Notes under the pieces: generated by a model
Told to the model about the DNA's origin: nothing
What the model saw: only the letters and a program-made list of their open reading frames with translations
Databases searched by the model: none
Origin: an uncultured Actinomycetes bacterium
GTDB taxonomy: Bacteria; Actinomycetota; Acidimicrobiia; Spongiisociales; ZC4RG35
DNA: 64,000 bases
Assembly: GCA_937989945.1 (NCBI GenBank)
Contig: CALKIG010000114.1
Coordinates: 3,330 to 67,329, forward strand
Reading direction: 5' to 3'
In this document: positions 28,122-38,255 of the stretch, piece after piece
How positions within the stretch are numbered: position 1 is the stretch's first letter
Layout: every line of letters starts with the position of its first letter
Made by a program: the position numbers and the translations under genes

Positions 28122-29780
28122 TCAGAGGTCTATCGGGTCGACATCCACCCGAATTGTCGCGCCGCTGTCGCGGAGCCGTTGCAGACCGCCGCGCAACTCC
28201 TGTTTGACGTGCCTCAAGTCGCCCTGCACGAGCCAGCGATGCCTGTCCCGAACCTTCACCGGGCCGAGGGCCATCCCCCCTGCGATGTCTTCGAGGAGAA
28301 CCGAGACTTCGGCCGGGTCGATGCCCGACGACTCTATCGCCATCATCTCGGTGGAGGGTGGGAAGCCATCGCGGGCGCGTCGCGCCAACACTCCTTCCAG
28401 GTACGGGATTGGCTCGCCTCGCTTCAGTGCAGCCAGGAGATTCGTTTCAGGCTCCGACGTTTGCAGAATCGTTCGGTGGCCCCTCTTCCTCGATACCGAG
28501 CCCACCAGGCGGGCCAGGATGCGCAGAGCCTCTTCAGACGACCGGTAGTTGTGTCCGCGGATGAGAGCGTCGGGGTCGACGGCGACAGCCAGCGCCAGGC
28601 CATGTAGCCCGGCCAGGTCTCGCTCGGTCCCCACCATGATCAGCCGGTCGTCACTGACTTCTCCCACGTTGTCCGAGCCCACCCGGGGCGCGATCTCCTT
28701 GACGAGGCGGGACGGAATCGTCCCCATCGACTCGAAGCTCTCGCCGGCGCATTGCAGGCACGGGCCAGTCGGGGCGCCGCACCTCGGGCACGCGGGTTGA
28801 CGCGCCACATGGGAGCCACATCGCCCACACAGCCGGATAGCCCGGCATGACGTGCAGCGCACCGTTGAATCGGCGGCACGAATGTGGGAGAAGACGAAGC
28901 TTCTCTCCCCGCGACCAACCGCCGATCGCAGGGCGGCTAGGGAGCGCTCGGACAGGAAACCCGACCCCGGTGGGTCGTCGCGCCTGTCTACGACCTCGAC
29001 GAGACCCCATGGCCTTGTCTCCTGGATGACCTCGGCGCCGGCGGCAATCAACTCGACGCTCGGAGTCGGACCGATGAACACCAGCCCGAACCCTTCGATG
29101 CGCGACCTTGTCCTCATCAAGTCGCGTATGTGGACTGTGGGAGTCTGGCGATCCTTCATCGCCCTTCGCCCCTCCTCGAGCACAAATCCCAGGGCAAGGT
29201 CGCTGATCCGCCAGAAGGCGACCCGTGGGGTGCCTACGACGATCGCAGCTCCTGAGTTCGCCTTCTCCCAGGCTCGTGTCACTTCCGATCCGCTTCCGTC
29301 GGGTACGAGGACAACACGCTCTCCGTGAGACCGGCTCAAGATCTCCGCGATCTCCTCGGCCTCCCTCACAGTTGGCACCACGATCAAAGCGCTCCTTGAC
29401 GATGCGGCAACCGGTATCAGCATCTCCTCCCAGCGAGCGTCTGCCCAATGGGAGACGAAGGCGGACACCGGTCGGCGTCTTCCGGCAACGGCCGCCTCCA
29501 CCACATCGTGAACCGGGTGTTGCGAGGTGTGGTGTTGCGATCCAGAGGGAGAAGAGAGCTCAGGTCGGGAAGGAAGGGTGGGAGGAGCTGACTTGTCCAG
29601 CAGCACGGACAACGGTCCCACGTAGTGGATAGCGGCCCAACGGAGCGACTCGAGGAGCTTGCCGTCAAACACAGGGACATCGCCCGAGATGGCGAGTATC
29701 TCCTTCAGAGAACCCTCGCGATCCTGGTCGACTTCTACCACGTATCCCCGAACTCGGCGTCCTCCGAGGGGGACGCGCAC
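28122..29780 (-). CDS. priA: primosomal protein N' (PriA) homologue with degenerate helicase motifs; the true N-terminus probably lies further upstream
   Basis: VRVPLGGRRVRGYVVEV, the Cys-rich zinc region CTSCRAIRLCGRCGSHVARQPACPRCG...CLQCAG, and a PriA C-terminal region. Walker A position reads SHWADARW and the DEEH position reads LEEG. The frame upstream of the GTG at 29780 still encodes PriA-like sequence (see finding). Confidence 0.8.
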   Translation of the reverse strand: MRVPLGGRRVRGYVVEVDQDREGSLKEILAISGDVPVFDGKLLESLRWAAIHYVGPLSVLLDKSAPPTLPSRPELSSPSGSQHHTSQHPVHDVVEAAVAGRRRPVSAFVSHWADARWEEMLIPVAASSRSALIVVPTVREAEEIAEILSRSHGERVVLVPDGSGSEVTRAWEKANSGAAIVVGTPRVAFWRISDLALGFVLEEGRRAMKDRQTPTVHIRDLMRTRSRIEGFGLVFIGPTPSVELIAAGAEVIQETRPWGLVEVVDRRDDPPGSGFLSERSLAALRSAVGRGERSFVFSHIRAADSTVRCTSCRAIRLCGRCGSHVARQPACPRCGAPTGPCLQCAGESFESMGTIPSRLVKEIAPRVGSDNVGEVSDDRLIMVGTERDLAGLHGLALAVAVDPDALIRGHNYRSSEEALRILARLVGSVSRKRGHRTILQTSEPETNLLAALKRGEPIPYLEGVLARRARDGFPPSTEMMAIESSGIDPAEVSVLLEDIAGGMALGPVKVRDRHRWLVQGDLRHVKQELRGGLQRLRDSGATIRVDVDPIDL

Positions 29781-29893
29781 GATTGATCCGATCTCGAGAT
29801 CGCTCCACAGGTGATCCGGGATGCGGTACCAGAATCCGCCTTCGACCGAGAAGGCCGCGATCGCGGGTACGACTCGAGCTGCGGGCCTGTCAG

Positions 29894-31045
29894 CTATAGG
29901 CCGAGTTCACTCTTGATCGCGTCCACCCTGTCCAGGCTCTCCCAACGGAACTCGGGGCGGCCGAAGTGCCCGTACGCAGCAGTCCGGGCAAAACCCGGTG
30001 ACCTGAGATCCAACGCTTCGATGATGGCTGACGGCCGGAAGTCGAAGACTTCGGCGACGGCAGCCTCGATACGCTCACGGTTGACCGTCTCGGTGCCAAA
30101 GGTCTCAACGTGCGTGGAGAACGGCTCCGGATCACCAATGGCGTACGACAGCTGGATCTCCAGTTTGGCGGCAGCACCTGCCGCGACGAGGTTCTTTGCT
30201 GCCCACCTCGCGGCGTACGCGGCCGATCGATCGACTTTGGTGGCGTCCTTGCCCGAGAACGCGCCCCCTCCATGCCGGGCGTAGCCGCCGTAGGTGTCGA
30301 CGATGATCTTCCTGCCTGTGAGCCCAGTGTCTGCGACGGGCCCGCCGATGGTGAACTGGCCACTGGGGTTGAACACAAACTCAGGAAGCCCGTCAGGAAG
30401 CCACTCGTCGGGGATCACGGGTGCTACGACGACGTCGAAAACCTCCTGTCTGATATCGCTGCTGCGCACATCATCGGTGTGGTGGCACGAAATGAGGATC
30501 TTCTCGACGGCAACTGGCCGGCCGTCGACGTAGCGCACCCTCACCTGGGTCTTGCCGTCCGGGCGGAGGTACTCGAGCTTGCCCGTGCGCCGAACCTCGG
30601 CGAGTCGCTCCGCCATCCTGTGAGCGAGATATATGGGGAGCGGCATGTACTCATCTGCCTCGTTCACTGCAAAACCGAACATCAAGCCCTGATCGCCTGC
30701 CCCAGCTTCCCGATCGACTCCCTGGGCGATGTCAGCGCTCTGCTGATTGATGCGATTGAGGACTTCCAGTGTTGAGGGATCGAAGTCGGGATCAAATCCG
30801 TCGTAGCCGATGTTTCGAACCGTCTCCCTGACTATTGCCTCAACGTCCGGCCATTCGTCATGGGGCAGGCCACCGATCTCGCCTGCAATCACGGCAAGGT
30901 TCTTCGTCACCAATACCTCGCATGCCACCTTGGCGTGAGGGTCGACCGCCAATGTGGCGTCGAGGATGGAGTCGGATATTGCGTCAGCGACCTTGTCCGG
31001 GTGACCCTCGGTGACCGATTCCGATGTGAATGACCAGGAGCTCAT
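29894..31045 (-). CDS. metK: S-adenosylmethionine synthase
   Basis: 383 aa. SESVTEGHPDK, GAGDQG, GGGAFSGKD signatures. Confidence 0.97.
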   Translation of the reverse strand: MSSWSFTSESVTEGHPDKVADAISDSILDATLAVDPHAKVACEVLVTKNLAVIAGEIGGLPHDEWPDVEAIVRETVRNIGYDGFDPDFDPSTLEVLNRINQQSADIAQGVDREAGAGDQGLMFGFAVNEADEYMPLPIYLAHRMAERLAEVRRTGKLEYLRPDGKTQVRVRYVDGRPVAVEKILISCHHTDDVRSSDIRQEVFDVVVAPVIPDEWLPDGLPEFVFNPSGQFTIGGPVADTGLTGRKIIVDTYGGYARHGGGAFSGKDATKVDRSAAYAARWAAKNLVAAGAAAKLEIQLSYAIGDPEPFSTHVETFGTETVNRERIEAAVAEVFDFRPSAIIEALDLRSPGFARTAAYGHFGRPEFRWESLDRVDAIKSELGL

Positions 31046-31057
31046 CGGTGAGAGACC

Positions 31058-32236
31058 TTACATTCGGCTGTCTACGAGAGCGTCAATCCGATCCCACAAC
31101 TCGATCGCCACGGCGGATTTGGACATGAGAGGCATCTCCTCGACATCTCCGTCTGAAGCGATGAAAGACACTCGATTGGTGTCCGTGCCGAATCCTGAGC
31201 CCTCCTCGAGCACATTGTTGTACACCAGCAGGTCTACTCCCTTTTGGCGTGCCTTCTCAACGGCACGGTCCACTCCCCCGGTTTCGGCGGCAAATCCGAC
31301 TGTGATTGGTCCGTCGTCACGCGCCACCAGGGACGCGAGGATGTCGGGGGTCTTGACGAGCTCGATCGATTCGAGCCCCTCAGACCTGGCCAATTTCTCC
31401 GAAGCGCGGTCGGCGGGCTTGAAATCTGCAACCGCCGCCGCCAACACGGCGATGTGGGGCTCGACGCCGTCAACGGCCGCTTTCATCTCGTCGGCGGTCT
31501 CCACCGAAAGCACCTTTATACCGCCTGACACGGGGAGATCCGATGTTGTGACGAGTGTCACCTCGTAGCCCCGACGCGCCCCCTCCTCGGCGATAGCGTG
31601 ACCCATCTTGCCCGACGACCTGTTGCCGAGATAACGAACCGGGTCGACAGGCTCTCTGGTGCCTCCCGCGGTCACCAGGACCGATAGGCCACGGGCGGAT
31701 GGTTCGAGGATCGCACGAGCTGCGCTGAGGATCTCCTCGGGCTCGGCCACTCGGCCCACTCCGACGTCGCCTCCGGCCAGCTCTCCCTCATTGGGTCCCA
31801 CGAAGCGGTAGCCGTCAGACCTGAGTATGTCGATGTTTCTCTTCGTCGCTTTGTTCTCCCACATCTCCGTGTGCATGGCCGGAGCGATCAAGACCGGAGC
31901 CTCTGTGGCCAGCAGGGTGGCCGATATCAAGTCTTCTGACAGGCCGTTTGCGGCTCTGGCGATTGTCGCAGCGGTAGCAGGGGCAACGATGATGAGCTCT
32001 GCCCAACGGGCGAGCATCGTGTGCGGCGAGACATCGTCGGCACCAAAGAGATCTTGGTATGGAGGTTCCCCGATGATGGCTGCGAATGTCTGAGGCCCGA
32101 TGAACTCGGCCGCCGACTTGGACATTGCCACACGGACTTGAGCGCCGGACTCGACCAGCCTGCGGGCAAGGAACGCCGTCTTGTACGCGGCAATGCCTCC
32201 AGTAACGGCGAGCACGACCCGCCGCCGGTCGAGCAT
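31058..32236 (-). CDS. coaBC: bifunctional phosphopantothenoylcysteine decarboxylase / phosphopantothenate--cysteine ligase
   Basis: 392 aa. Flavoprotein N-domain (VTGGIAAYK, PAMHTEMW) and CoaB C-domain (ITAGGTREPVDPVRYLGNRSSGKMG). Confidence 0.95.
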   Translation of the reverse strand: MLDRRRVVLAVTGGIAAYKTAFLARRLVESGAQVRVAMSKSAAEFIGPQTFAAIIGEPPYQDLFGADDVSPHTMLARWAELIIVAPATAATIARAANGLSEDLISATLLATEAPVLIAPAMHTEMWENKATKRNIDILRSDGYRFVGPNEGELAGGDVGVGRVAEPEEILSAARAILEPSARGLSVLVTAGGTREPVDPVRYLGNRSSGKMGHAIAEEGARRGYEVTLVTTSDLPVSGGIKVLSVETADEMKAAVDGVEPHIAVLAAAVADFKPADRASEKLARSEGLESIELVKTPDILASLVARDDGPITVGFAAETGGVDRAVEKARQKGVDLLVYNNVLEEGSGFGTDTNRVSFIASDGDVEEMPLMSKSAVAIELWDRIDALVDSRM

Positions 32237-32457
32237 CAGGACTCGACAGTCTCCACTGCCACCTTGCCTTCGGCGATCTCCTCCATCGCGATGGTCAGAG
32301 GCTTGCGGGAGAGAGAATGGACCTGGGGCGGGACGAAGTTGCCGTATCCGTCACCCAGCTGGTGGAAGTAGGCGTTGATCTGACGCGCCCTTCGCGCCGA
32401 CACGACCACCGTTGCGAATCGGTTGCCGATCTGGTCGATGACTTCTTCAATCTTCAT
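32236..32457 (-). CDS. rpoZ: DNA-directed RNA polymerase subunit omega
   Basis: 73 aa. NRFATVVVSARRARQI is the omega signature. Positioned gmk-rpoZ-coaBC as in actinobacteria. Confidence 0.9.
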   Translation of the reverse strand: MKIEEVIDQIGNRFATVVVSARRARQINAYFHQLGDGYGNFVPPQVHSLSRKPLTIAMEEIAEGKVAVETVES

Positions 32458-32495
32458 TGTGTCCTTCGGGAGAGGTGGATGGGTGACAGGTTACC

Positions 32496-33056
32496 TCAAG
32501 ACTCGTCGGTAATCAGCCTCAGGACCTCGTCCACCGCTTTGGTGAAGGAGTCGTTCACCACGATGTGATCGAAGAGATCTTCCGCAATGGCCATCTGCTC
32601 CGAAGCAATCTCGAGGCGGTCCTCGATGTCTTCATCGCTGGTGTCGCCGCGATTGCGCAACCGCCTCTCCAGCTCTTCCATCGATGGCGGAGATATGAAG
32701 ACCATGATCGAGTCAGGCCGGTTGTCCTTGACCTGACGCGCTCCTTTGATCTCGATGTCCAGCAAGACGTCTCGCCCGATCTCATTTGCGGCGGCAATGG
32801 GTTTCGCCGGGGTCCCGTAAAGGTGGTTGTTGTACTCGGCCCACTCGAGGAGCTCACCGTCTTCGATCATCTGCTCGAAGTCGTGACGGCTGACGAAGTT
32901 GTAGTGGGTCCCGTTCACTTCACCCGGCCGGGGAAGTCGCGTGGTCGCCGATATGGAGAAATCAATATCGGCCAGATCGAGCACTTCTGTGATGATGCTC
33001 GATTTGCCAGACCCCGAGGGCCCGGATATGACGAACAGGCGACCCGCTTCGGTCAA
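32496..33056 (-). CDS. gmk: guanylate kinase
   Basis: 186 aa. P-loop GPSGSGKSS, TTR.PR.GE..G..Y.FV. Confidence 0.95.
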   Translation of the reverse strand: MTEAGRLFVISGPSGSGKSSIITEVLDLADIDFSISATTRLPRPGEVNGTHYNFVSRHDFEQMIEDGELLEWAEYNNHLYGTPAKPIAAANEIGRDVLLDIEIKGARQVKDNRPDSIMVFISPPSMEELERRLRNRGDTSDEDIEDRLEIASEQMAIAEDLFDHIVVNDSFTKAVDEVLRLITDES

Positions 33057-33403
33057 CTCAGCTCTTTGAGCAAAGCCTCTCTTTGCCGATCACCGAGCCC
33101 GCGCAGGCGGCGGTTGTCCGCGATTCCCACTGACTCCATGAGACGCATCGCCTTGACCTTTCCCATCCCGGGCATGGCTGCGATCAGGCGCTCCACTTTG
33201 ATTCCGCCGATGATCTCGTCGTTCTCCGCCCTCGCGAACAGTTCCGAGATGCTCATCGACCCCGTCTTGAGGAGCTCCTTGACCTCGGCCCTGACCCTCC
33301 GGGCTTCGGCCGCCTTCTTCAGGGCTGCCTGTCGTTGCTCTGGTGTGAGTTTCGGTGGGTTGGGCAAGATATCACTCCCTTTTCGTAAGCTGACGATAGC
33401 CAC
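33053..33403 (-). CDS. mihF: actinobacterial integration host factor mIHF
   Basis: 116 aa. LTPEQRQAALKKAAEARRVRAEVKELLK... and RLRGLGDRQREALL match mIHF. Conserved position upstream of gmk. Confidence 0.85.
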   Translation of the reverse strand: MAIVSLRKGSDILPNPPKLTPEQRQAALKKAAEARRVRAEVKELLKTGSMSISELFARAENDEIIGGIKVERLIAAMPGMGKVKAMRLMESVGIADNRRLRGLGDRQREALLKELS

Positions 33404-33409
33404 GCCACC

Positions 33410-34126
33410 TCATCCCATGCCGTCCATTCCCGAATCACTTAGCTGGTTCTTGATGCTTTGTGCGGCCCCTGCCGGGTCGGAATGCCTCGTGATTGGCCTG
33501 CCCACAACCAGGTAGTCGGAACCCGCAGCGACAGCCTCCTCAACCGTTGATGTGCGCTTCTGGTCGTCGGAGACCCCCTCTTTCCCAGTTCGGATGCCGG
33601 GTGTGAAGGCAATCAGGCCGGGGGCGGTTGACTTTGCGGTGGCAACCTCGGATACGGCGCAAACCACACCTTCGACACCGCTCGACGCGCTGAGAGCGAC
33701 CAGACGGCTCACCTGGTCGCCGACCTCACCCATCATCCCGATGGCCGCCAGGTCGTCATCGCCGAGGCTGGTCAGCACACTCACCGCCAGGACTCCGGCA
33801 CTTCCTTCAGAGCCTTCGTTGAGCCCGGCCACCGCCGCCTCGAGCATTTGCCGTCCGCCCGAGGCATGAACCGTGACCCAGCGAGCCCCGCGACGCCCCA
33901 ATTGGCGAGCGCCTGCCTCGACAGTCGCGGGTATGTCGTGGAGCTTGGCATCGGCGAACACCGGGAGCCCAAGCCCTGCGACCCGCTCCACCGGGGCGGC
34001 GTCAGGCCCGAAGAGGAGCTCATGGCCTACCTTGAACCCGTCCACATGGTCCCTCACCCCGCGTGCGATAGCCATCGCCTGGTCGACGTCGGGGAAGTCG
34101 AGGGCAACGATCAAGCCCGTGGTCAC
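33410..34126 (-). CDS. pyrF: orotidine 5'-phosphate decarboxylase
   Basis: From GTG 34126 (GTGA overlap with the pyrD stop): [13 protein letters not shown]...FKVG...ADAKLHDIP.T. The 411-aa track ORF is an out-of-frame extension across pyrD. Confidence 0.9.
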   Translation of the reverse strand: MTTGLIVALDFPDVDQAMAIARGVRDHVDGFKVGHELLFGPDAAPVERVAGLGLPVFADAKLHDIPATVEAGARQLGRRGARWVTVHASGGRQMLEAAVAGLNEGSEGSAGVLAVSVLTSLGDDDLAAIGMMGEVGDQVSRLVALSASSGVEGVVCAVSEVATAKSTAPGLIAFTPGIRTGKEGVSDDQKRTSTVEEAVAAGSDYLVVGRPITRHSDPAGAAQSIKNQLSDSGMDGMG

Positions 34127-35034
34127 AAAGCAGCCCTCACAACCTGACCGACGGAGTCGTATCCCAGGTCGGCCATCAGCTGACTCATCTCTCGAAGGAT
34201 CCTCCTCCCTGCCTTCGGCTCTGCGAAATGAACGGTGCCCAAGCCCACGGCCGATGCGCCCGCCATCATGTACTCGACGACATCGCCTCCGGTCCTGACT
34301 CCCCCGCATCCGACGATTGGCACGGTCGGCAATGCACTCGCCACTTCGTACACACAGCGAAGGGAGATGGGTTTGAGGCCCGGGCCGCTGTACCCGCCAA
34401 TCCCGCCGGACAACTTGGGAGTGTGGTTGTTCACGTCGAGCTCGAGCCCAGGGATCGTGTTCGTGAGGGTGAGGAAGTCGGCACCCGCGTCGACGCATGC
34501 ACGGGCCACGGCAACCACATCCTCCGATGCCGGCGAGAGTTTCGCCCCTACGGGCAGGGAGACTGAGGCGGTGACGGCTTCGACCACGCGCGCAGAGAGT
34601 GAAGGCTGCAGAGCGAAGATGCTGCCATCCTCGAGGTTGGGACATGAGAGGTTGACTTCGACGGCGTCGACCCCTGCAGCCTCTTCACCCTCCGCCACGA
34701 TGCGAAACTCCTCGGGAGACTCCCCTACCGCCGACCCCCAGATGGGCACGCCGAGCTCACCGATGCGGGGTGACATGTCTTCTTGCCAGACTCGGATGCC
34801 CGGATTCTGTATCCCGATCCCGTTGAGCATCCCGACAGAAGTAGGGGCGAGCCGAGGCGCGGGCTTGCCCTTCCAAGGCTCGCCGGATACGGACTTCGCA
34901 ACCGCCGCCCCATACGCCGAGACATCGGCAACTGTCGCCCACTCCCAAACCGATCCCACTGTTCCCGAAGCCGCTATCAGCGGCGTGCGCAGATGGATGG
35001 GGCCAAGAGCCGTAGAAGTCGCTATTGGTGCCAT
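34123..35034 (-). CDS. pyrD: dihydroorotate dehydrogenase, class 1 (Cys active-site base)
   Basis: 303 aa. [13 protein letters not shown] (the Cys typical of class 1A/1B), GGV..G.D. No N-terminal membrane-association segment and no adjacent pyrK. Confidence 0.9.
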   Translation of the reverse strand: MAPIATSTALGPIHLRTPLIAASGTVGSVWEWATVADVSAYGAAVAKSVSGEPWKGKPAPRLAPTSVGMLNGIGIQNPGIRVWQEDMSPRIGELGVPIWGSAVGESPEEFRIVAEGEEAAGVDAVEVNLSCPNLEDGSIFALQPSLSARVVEAVTASVSLPVGAKLSPASEDVVAVARACVDAGADFLTLTNTIPGLELDVNNHTPKLSGGIGGYSGPGLKPISLRCVYEVASALPTVPIVGCGGVRTGGDVVEYMMAGASAVGLGTVHFAEPKAGRRILREMSQLMADLGYDSVGQVVRAAL

Positions 35035-38000
35035 TCCTGGAGGCTTCGCGGCCGGTTGATCGCACCGGGCCCGGCACGCAAGCTGCGGGCAACGGCTAGC
35101 CCACCGCGGACGGTGGTCACGCAGGGAACCTGATGCCCTCGGGCTGCCTGACGGATGGTGCGGCCGTCCGTCCGGGCTCTTCCTCCACGAGGTGTGTTGA
35201 TCACAAGCTGGATCTCGCCGTTGTCGAGCCTTTGGGCCACGTCGTCGGGACCCTCGCCGATCTTCGGGACCACCTCAGCGGGGATGGCATGATGCTCGAG
35301 ATAGCGTGCTGTCCCGGGCGTCGCGACCAGCTCGAATCCGAGCATGTAGAAGGCCTGAGCCACCGCGAGGCCGGTGGGCTTGTCCCGGTCGGCAAAGGAG
35401 ACGAAAACCTTGCCCCGGTCAGGCAGAATGCGACCGCCCCCGAGTAGGGCCTTCGCATATGCCGTGCCCACGTCCGATCCGATGCCCATGACTTCTCCTG
35501 TCGCTTTCATCTCCGGACCGAGAACGGAGTCCTCCTCGGGGAAGCGATCCCAGGGCAGCACTGCGTTCTTCACGGCGACGAATGGCGTGCGCGTCTCCTC
35601 GGGCACGAGCCCCTCCTGGCGCAGCTCCTCGATGGTTGCGCCCATCATCACCAGAGTCGCGACGCGAGCGAGTAGCACCCCGGTCGATTTCGAGATGAAA
35701 GGCACGGTCCGGCTCCCGCGAGGGTTGGCCTCGATAACGAAGACCTCGTCCCCCTTGACCGCGAACTGGATATTGATGAGGCCGCGCACCGAGAGCTCAG
35801 CCGCCAGCTCTCTCGTTGCTCTGACGATTTCCTTGTGGGCTTCTTCGGACAGCGTCGGTGGTGGCGTGACACAGGCGGAGTCGCCCGAGTGAATGCCTGC
35901 CTCCTCGACATGTTCCATCACACCGCCGAGTAGCAACTCAGAGCCGTCGAACACGGCATCGACGTCCACCTCGACGGCGGATTCCAGGAATCGATCGATC
36001 AGGATGGGTGCTCCCACGAGCTCGGGGTCGGCGTCGCCGTATATCTCGCGGGCGTAATCGCCGAGCTCCTCCACCGAGTAGACAACCCGCATCTTCCGAC
36101 CGCCAAGGACGAAAGACGGTCGAACAACCACCGGCAGGCCCACCTGGTCGACGACATCGAGCGCCTCGGCCGCCGACCGCGCGGTCCCGCCGGCCGGCTG
36201 CCTCAGGCCAAGGCTGCTGCATATCTCCCCGAACTTCTCGCGGTCCTCGGCGAGCGCAATTGCATGGGGAGATGTGCCGGCGATCTTCACACCGGCCTGC
36301 TCCAGCGCGTCGGCAAGGTTGAGAGGCGTTTGTCCTCCGAGCTGCACGATCACGGCCTCAGGCTGTTCTGCATCAATGACGTCCAATACGTCTTCGACTG
36401 TGAGAGGCTCGAAATACAGTCGGTCCGAGGTGTCATAGTCGGTCGAGACCGTTTCGGGATTGCAGTTCACCATGACCGTCTCGTACCCGGCATCGCGAAG
36501 CGTGAACGAGGCGTGCACACAGCAGTAGTCGAACTCGATCCCCTGGCCAATCCGGTTGGGCCCGGATCCGAGAACGAGGACACGCGGACGCTCGGCAGGG
36601 ACGACCTCACTCTCCTCCTCGAACGTGCCATACATGTACGGGGTGCGAGCCTCGAACTCCGCGGCGCACGTGTCGACCCGCTTGTATGTCCGATGGATCC
36701 CCAGGTCACGCCTCGTAGCGCGAACCTCTTCCCTCGTCTTGTTGAGGAGATAGCCGATCTGCTCATCGGAGAATCCGTAGCGTTTGGCTTCTCGCAGGGC
36801 TTCGGGATCGTCAGGGCGCGCCTCCAGATCGCGTCGCACTTCAACGATCTCAGCCATCTGGTCAATGAACCAGGGATCGATCGAAGAGAGCTCGCTGAGC
36901 CGTTCGACACTCCAGCCACGACGGAGGGCCTCGCCGATGGCAAACACGCGTTCTGGCGTGGGCTCCCCAGCGCGTCGCCCGAGATCGGTGTCGGACAGCT
37001 CGCGCAGAGCCTCTTCGGTCGTATCGGCATTGAGCCCGGAATGACCGTTCTCCATGCTCCTCAACGCCTTCTGCAGCGCCTCGGGGAAGACCCGACCTAT
37101 GGACATCGCTTCTCCGACGCTTCGCATCGACGTCCCCAACGTCCGCGGGGCCGATGGGAACTTCTCGAAGTCGAACCTCGGGATCTTGACGACCACGTAG
37201 TCGAGAGCCGGCTCGAACGAGGCCGGTGTAGCGCCGGTGATGTCGTTTGCGATCTCATCGAGGGTGTAGCCGACGGCGAGCAGGGCGGCGATCTTGGCGA
37301 TCGGGAACCCTGTCGCTTTGGAGGCGAGGGCCGAAGAGCGGCTGACGCGAGGGTTCATCTCGATGACGAGCCTGCGACCCGTCGCAGGATCGACCGCGAA
37401 CTGGACATTGGAGCCGCCGGTCTCGACGCCGATGGCGCGGAGAACGGCGATGGCCTCTTCGCGCATGTCCTGGTACTCCCTATCGGAAAGGGTCTGGATC
37501 GGTGCCACGGTCATGGAGTCACCCGTGTGCACCCCCATCGGGTCGATGTTCTCGATCGAGCACACGATGACGGCATTGTCATTGCGGTCTCGCATCACCT
37601 CGAGCTCGAACTCCTTCCAGCCGAGCACCGACTCCTCGACCAGAATCTCAGAGACGGGGGAAGTGGCCAGGCCGTGTTTTGCCTTGACCAAGAAGTCCTC
37701 TTCGTCCACGGCGATGCCGGTCCCTCCCCCACCGAGGATGTATGAGGGCCGGACCATCACCGGATATCCGATCTCCCGTGCAATGGCCAGAGCCTCGCCC
37801 ATCGATCGTGCGTATCCGGCCCGAGGGCACTCCAGGCCTGCCTCCTCCATCGTCGACTTGAAGCGCCCCCGATCCTCCGCCTTCTCGATGGCTTCAAGCC
37901 CTGCACCGATCATCTCGACACCATGTCGTTGCAGGACGCCCTGGCGAGCGAGATCGGAAGCGACGTTGAGAGCGGTTTGGCCGCCCAATGTGGCCAGGAG

Positions 38001-38255
38001 AGCATCAGGCCGCTCTCTAGCGATGATCTCTGTAACAACTTCAGGCGTGATCGGCTCGACATAGGTGGCGTCGGCGAACTCGGGATCGGTCATGATCGTG
38101 GCGGGGTTGCTGTTCACGAGGATCACCCGATAGCCCTCCTGCCGGAGGACCTTCGCCGCCTGCGTGCCCGAGTAGTCGAACTCGCACGCCTGACCGATGA
38201 CTATCGGCCCCGATCCGATCACGAGAATCGATCTGATGTCTTCTCGCCCGGGCAT
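35022..38255 (-). CDS. carB: carbamoyl-phosphate synthase large subunit
   Basis: 1077 aa. Duplicated ATP-grasp halves ([24 protein letters not shown] / [24 protein letters not shown]) and a C-terminal MGS-like domain. Confidence 0.97.
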   Translation of the reverse strand: MPGREDIRSILVIGSGPIVIGQACEFDYSGTQAAKVLRQEGYRVILVNSNPATIMTDPEFADATYVEPITPEVVTEIIARERPDALLATLGGQTALNVASDLARQGVLQRHGVEMIGAGLEAIEKAEDRGRFKSTMEEAGLECPRAGYARSMGEALAIAREIGYPVMVRPSYILGGGGTGIAVDEEDFLVKAKHGLATSPVSEILVEESVLGWKEFELEVMRDRNDNAVIVCSIENIDPMGVHTGDSMTVAPIQTLSDREYQDMREEAIAVLRAIGVETGGSNVQFAVDPATGRRLVIEMNPRVSRSSALASKATGFPIAKIAALLAVGYTLDEIANDITGATPASFEPALDYVVVKIPRFDFEKFPSAPRTLGTSMRSVGEAMSIGRVFPEALQKALRSMENGHSGLNADTTEEALRELSDTDLGRRAGEPTPERVFAIGEALRRGWSVERLSELSSIDPWFIDQMAEIVEVRRDLEARPDDPEALREAKRYGFSDEQIGYLLNKTREEVRATRRDLGIHRTYKRVDTCAAEFEARTPYMYGTFEEESEVVPAERPRVLVLGSGPNRIGQGIEFDYCCVHASFTLRDAGYETVMVNCNPETVSTDYDTSDRLYFEPLTVEDVLDVIDAEQPEAVIVQLGGQTPLNLADALEQAGVKIAGTSPHAIALAEDREKFGEICSSLGLRQPAGGTARSAAEALDVVDQVGLPVVVRPSFVLGGRKMRVVYSVEELGDYAREIYGDADPELVGAPILIDRFLESAVEVDVDAVFDGSELLLGGVMEHVEEAGIHSGDSACVTPPPTLSEEAHKEIVRATRELAAELSVRGLINIQFAVKGDEVFVIEANPRGSRTVPFISKSTGVLLARVATLVMMGATIEELRQEGLVPEETRTPFVAVKNAVLPWDRFPEEDSVLGPEMKATGEVMGIGSDVGTAYAKALLGGGRILPDRGKVFVSFADRDKPTGLAVAQAFYMLGFELVATPGTARYLEHHAIPAEVVPKIGEGPDDVAQRLDNGEIQLVINTPRGGRARTDGRTIRQAARGHQVPCVTTVRGGLAVARSLRAGPGAINRPRSLQEWHQ

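Noticed and set aside
33410-34645. Extended N-termini in the track for pyrF (411 aa), pyrC (39415..41232, 605 aa) and fmt (26649..27821, 390 aa)
   Set aside because: The extensions overlap the well-supported upstream genes in another frame and are Arg-rich nonsense. Conserved family N-termini begin at internal GTG/ATG codons that form GTGA/ATGA overlaps with the upstream stop codons.
36264-37745. Long antisense ORFs: 493 aa opposite carB, 540 aa at 57199..58821 opposite rel, 430 aa at 19190..20482, 377 aa at 54675..55808, 345 aa at 17111..18148
   Set aside because: These are typical GC-rich shadow frames. Their products are Arg/Gly/Pro/Ala-rich low-complexity sequences with no recognisable motifs. 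Each lies opposite a gene with unambiguous conserved motifs.
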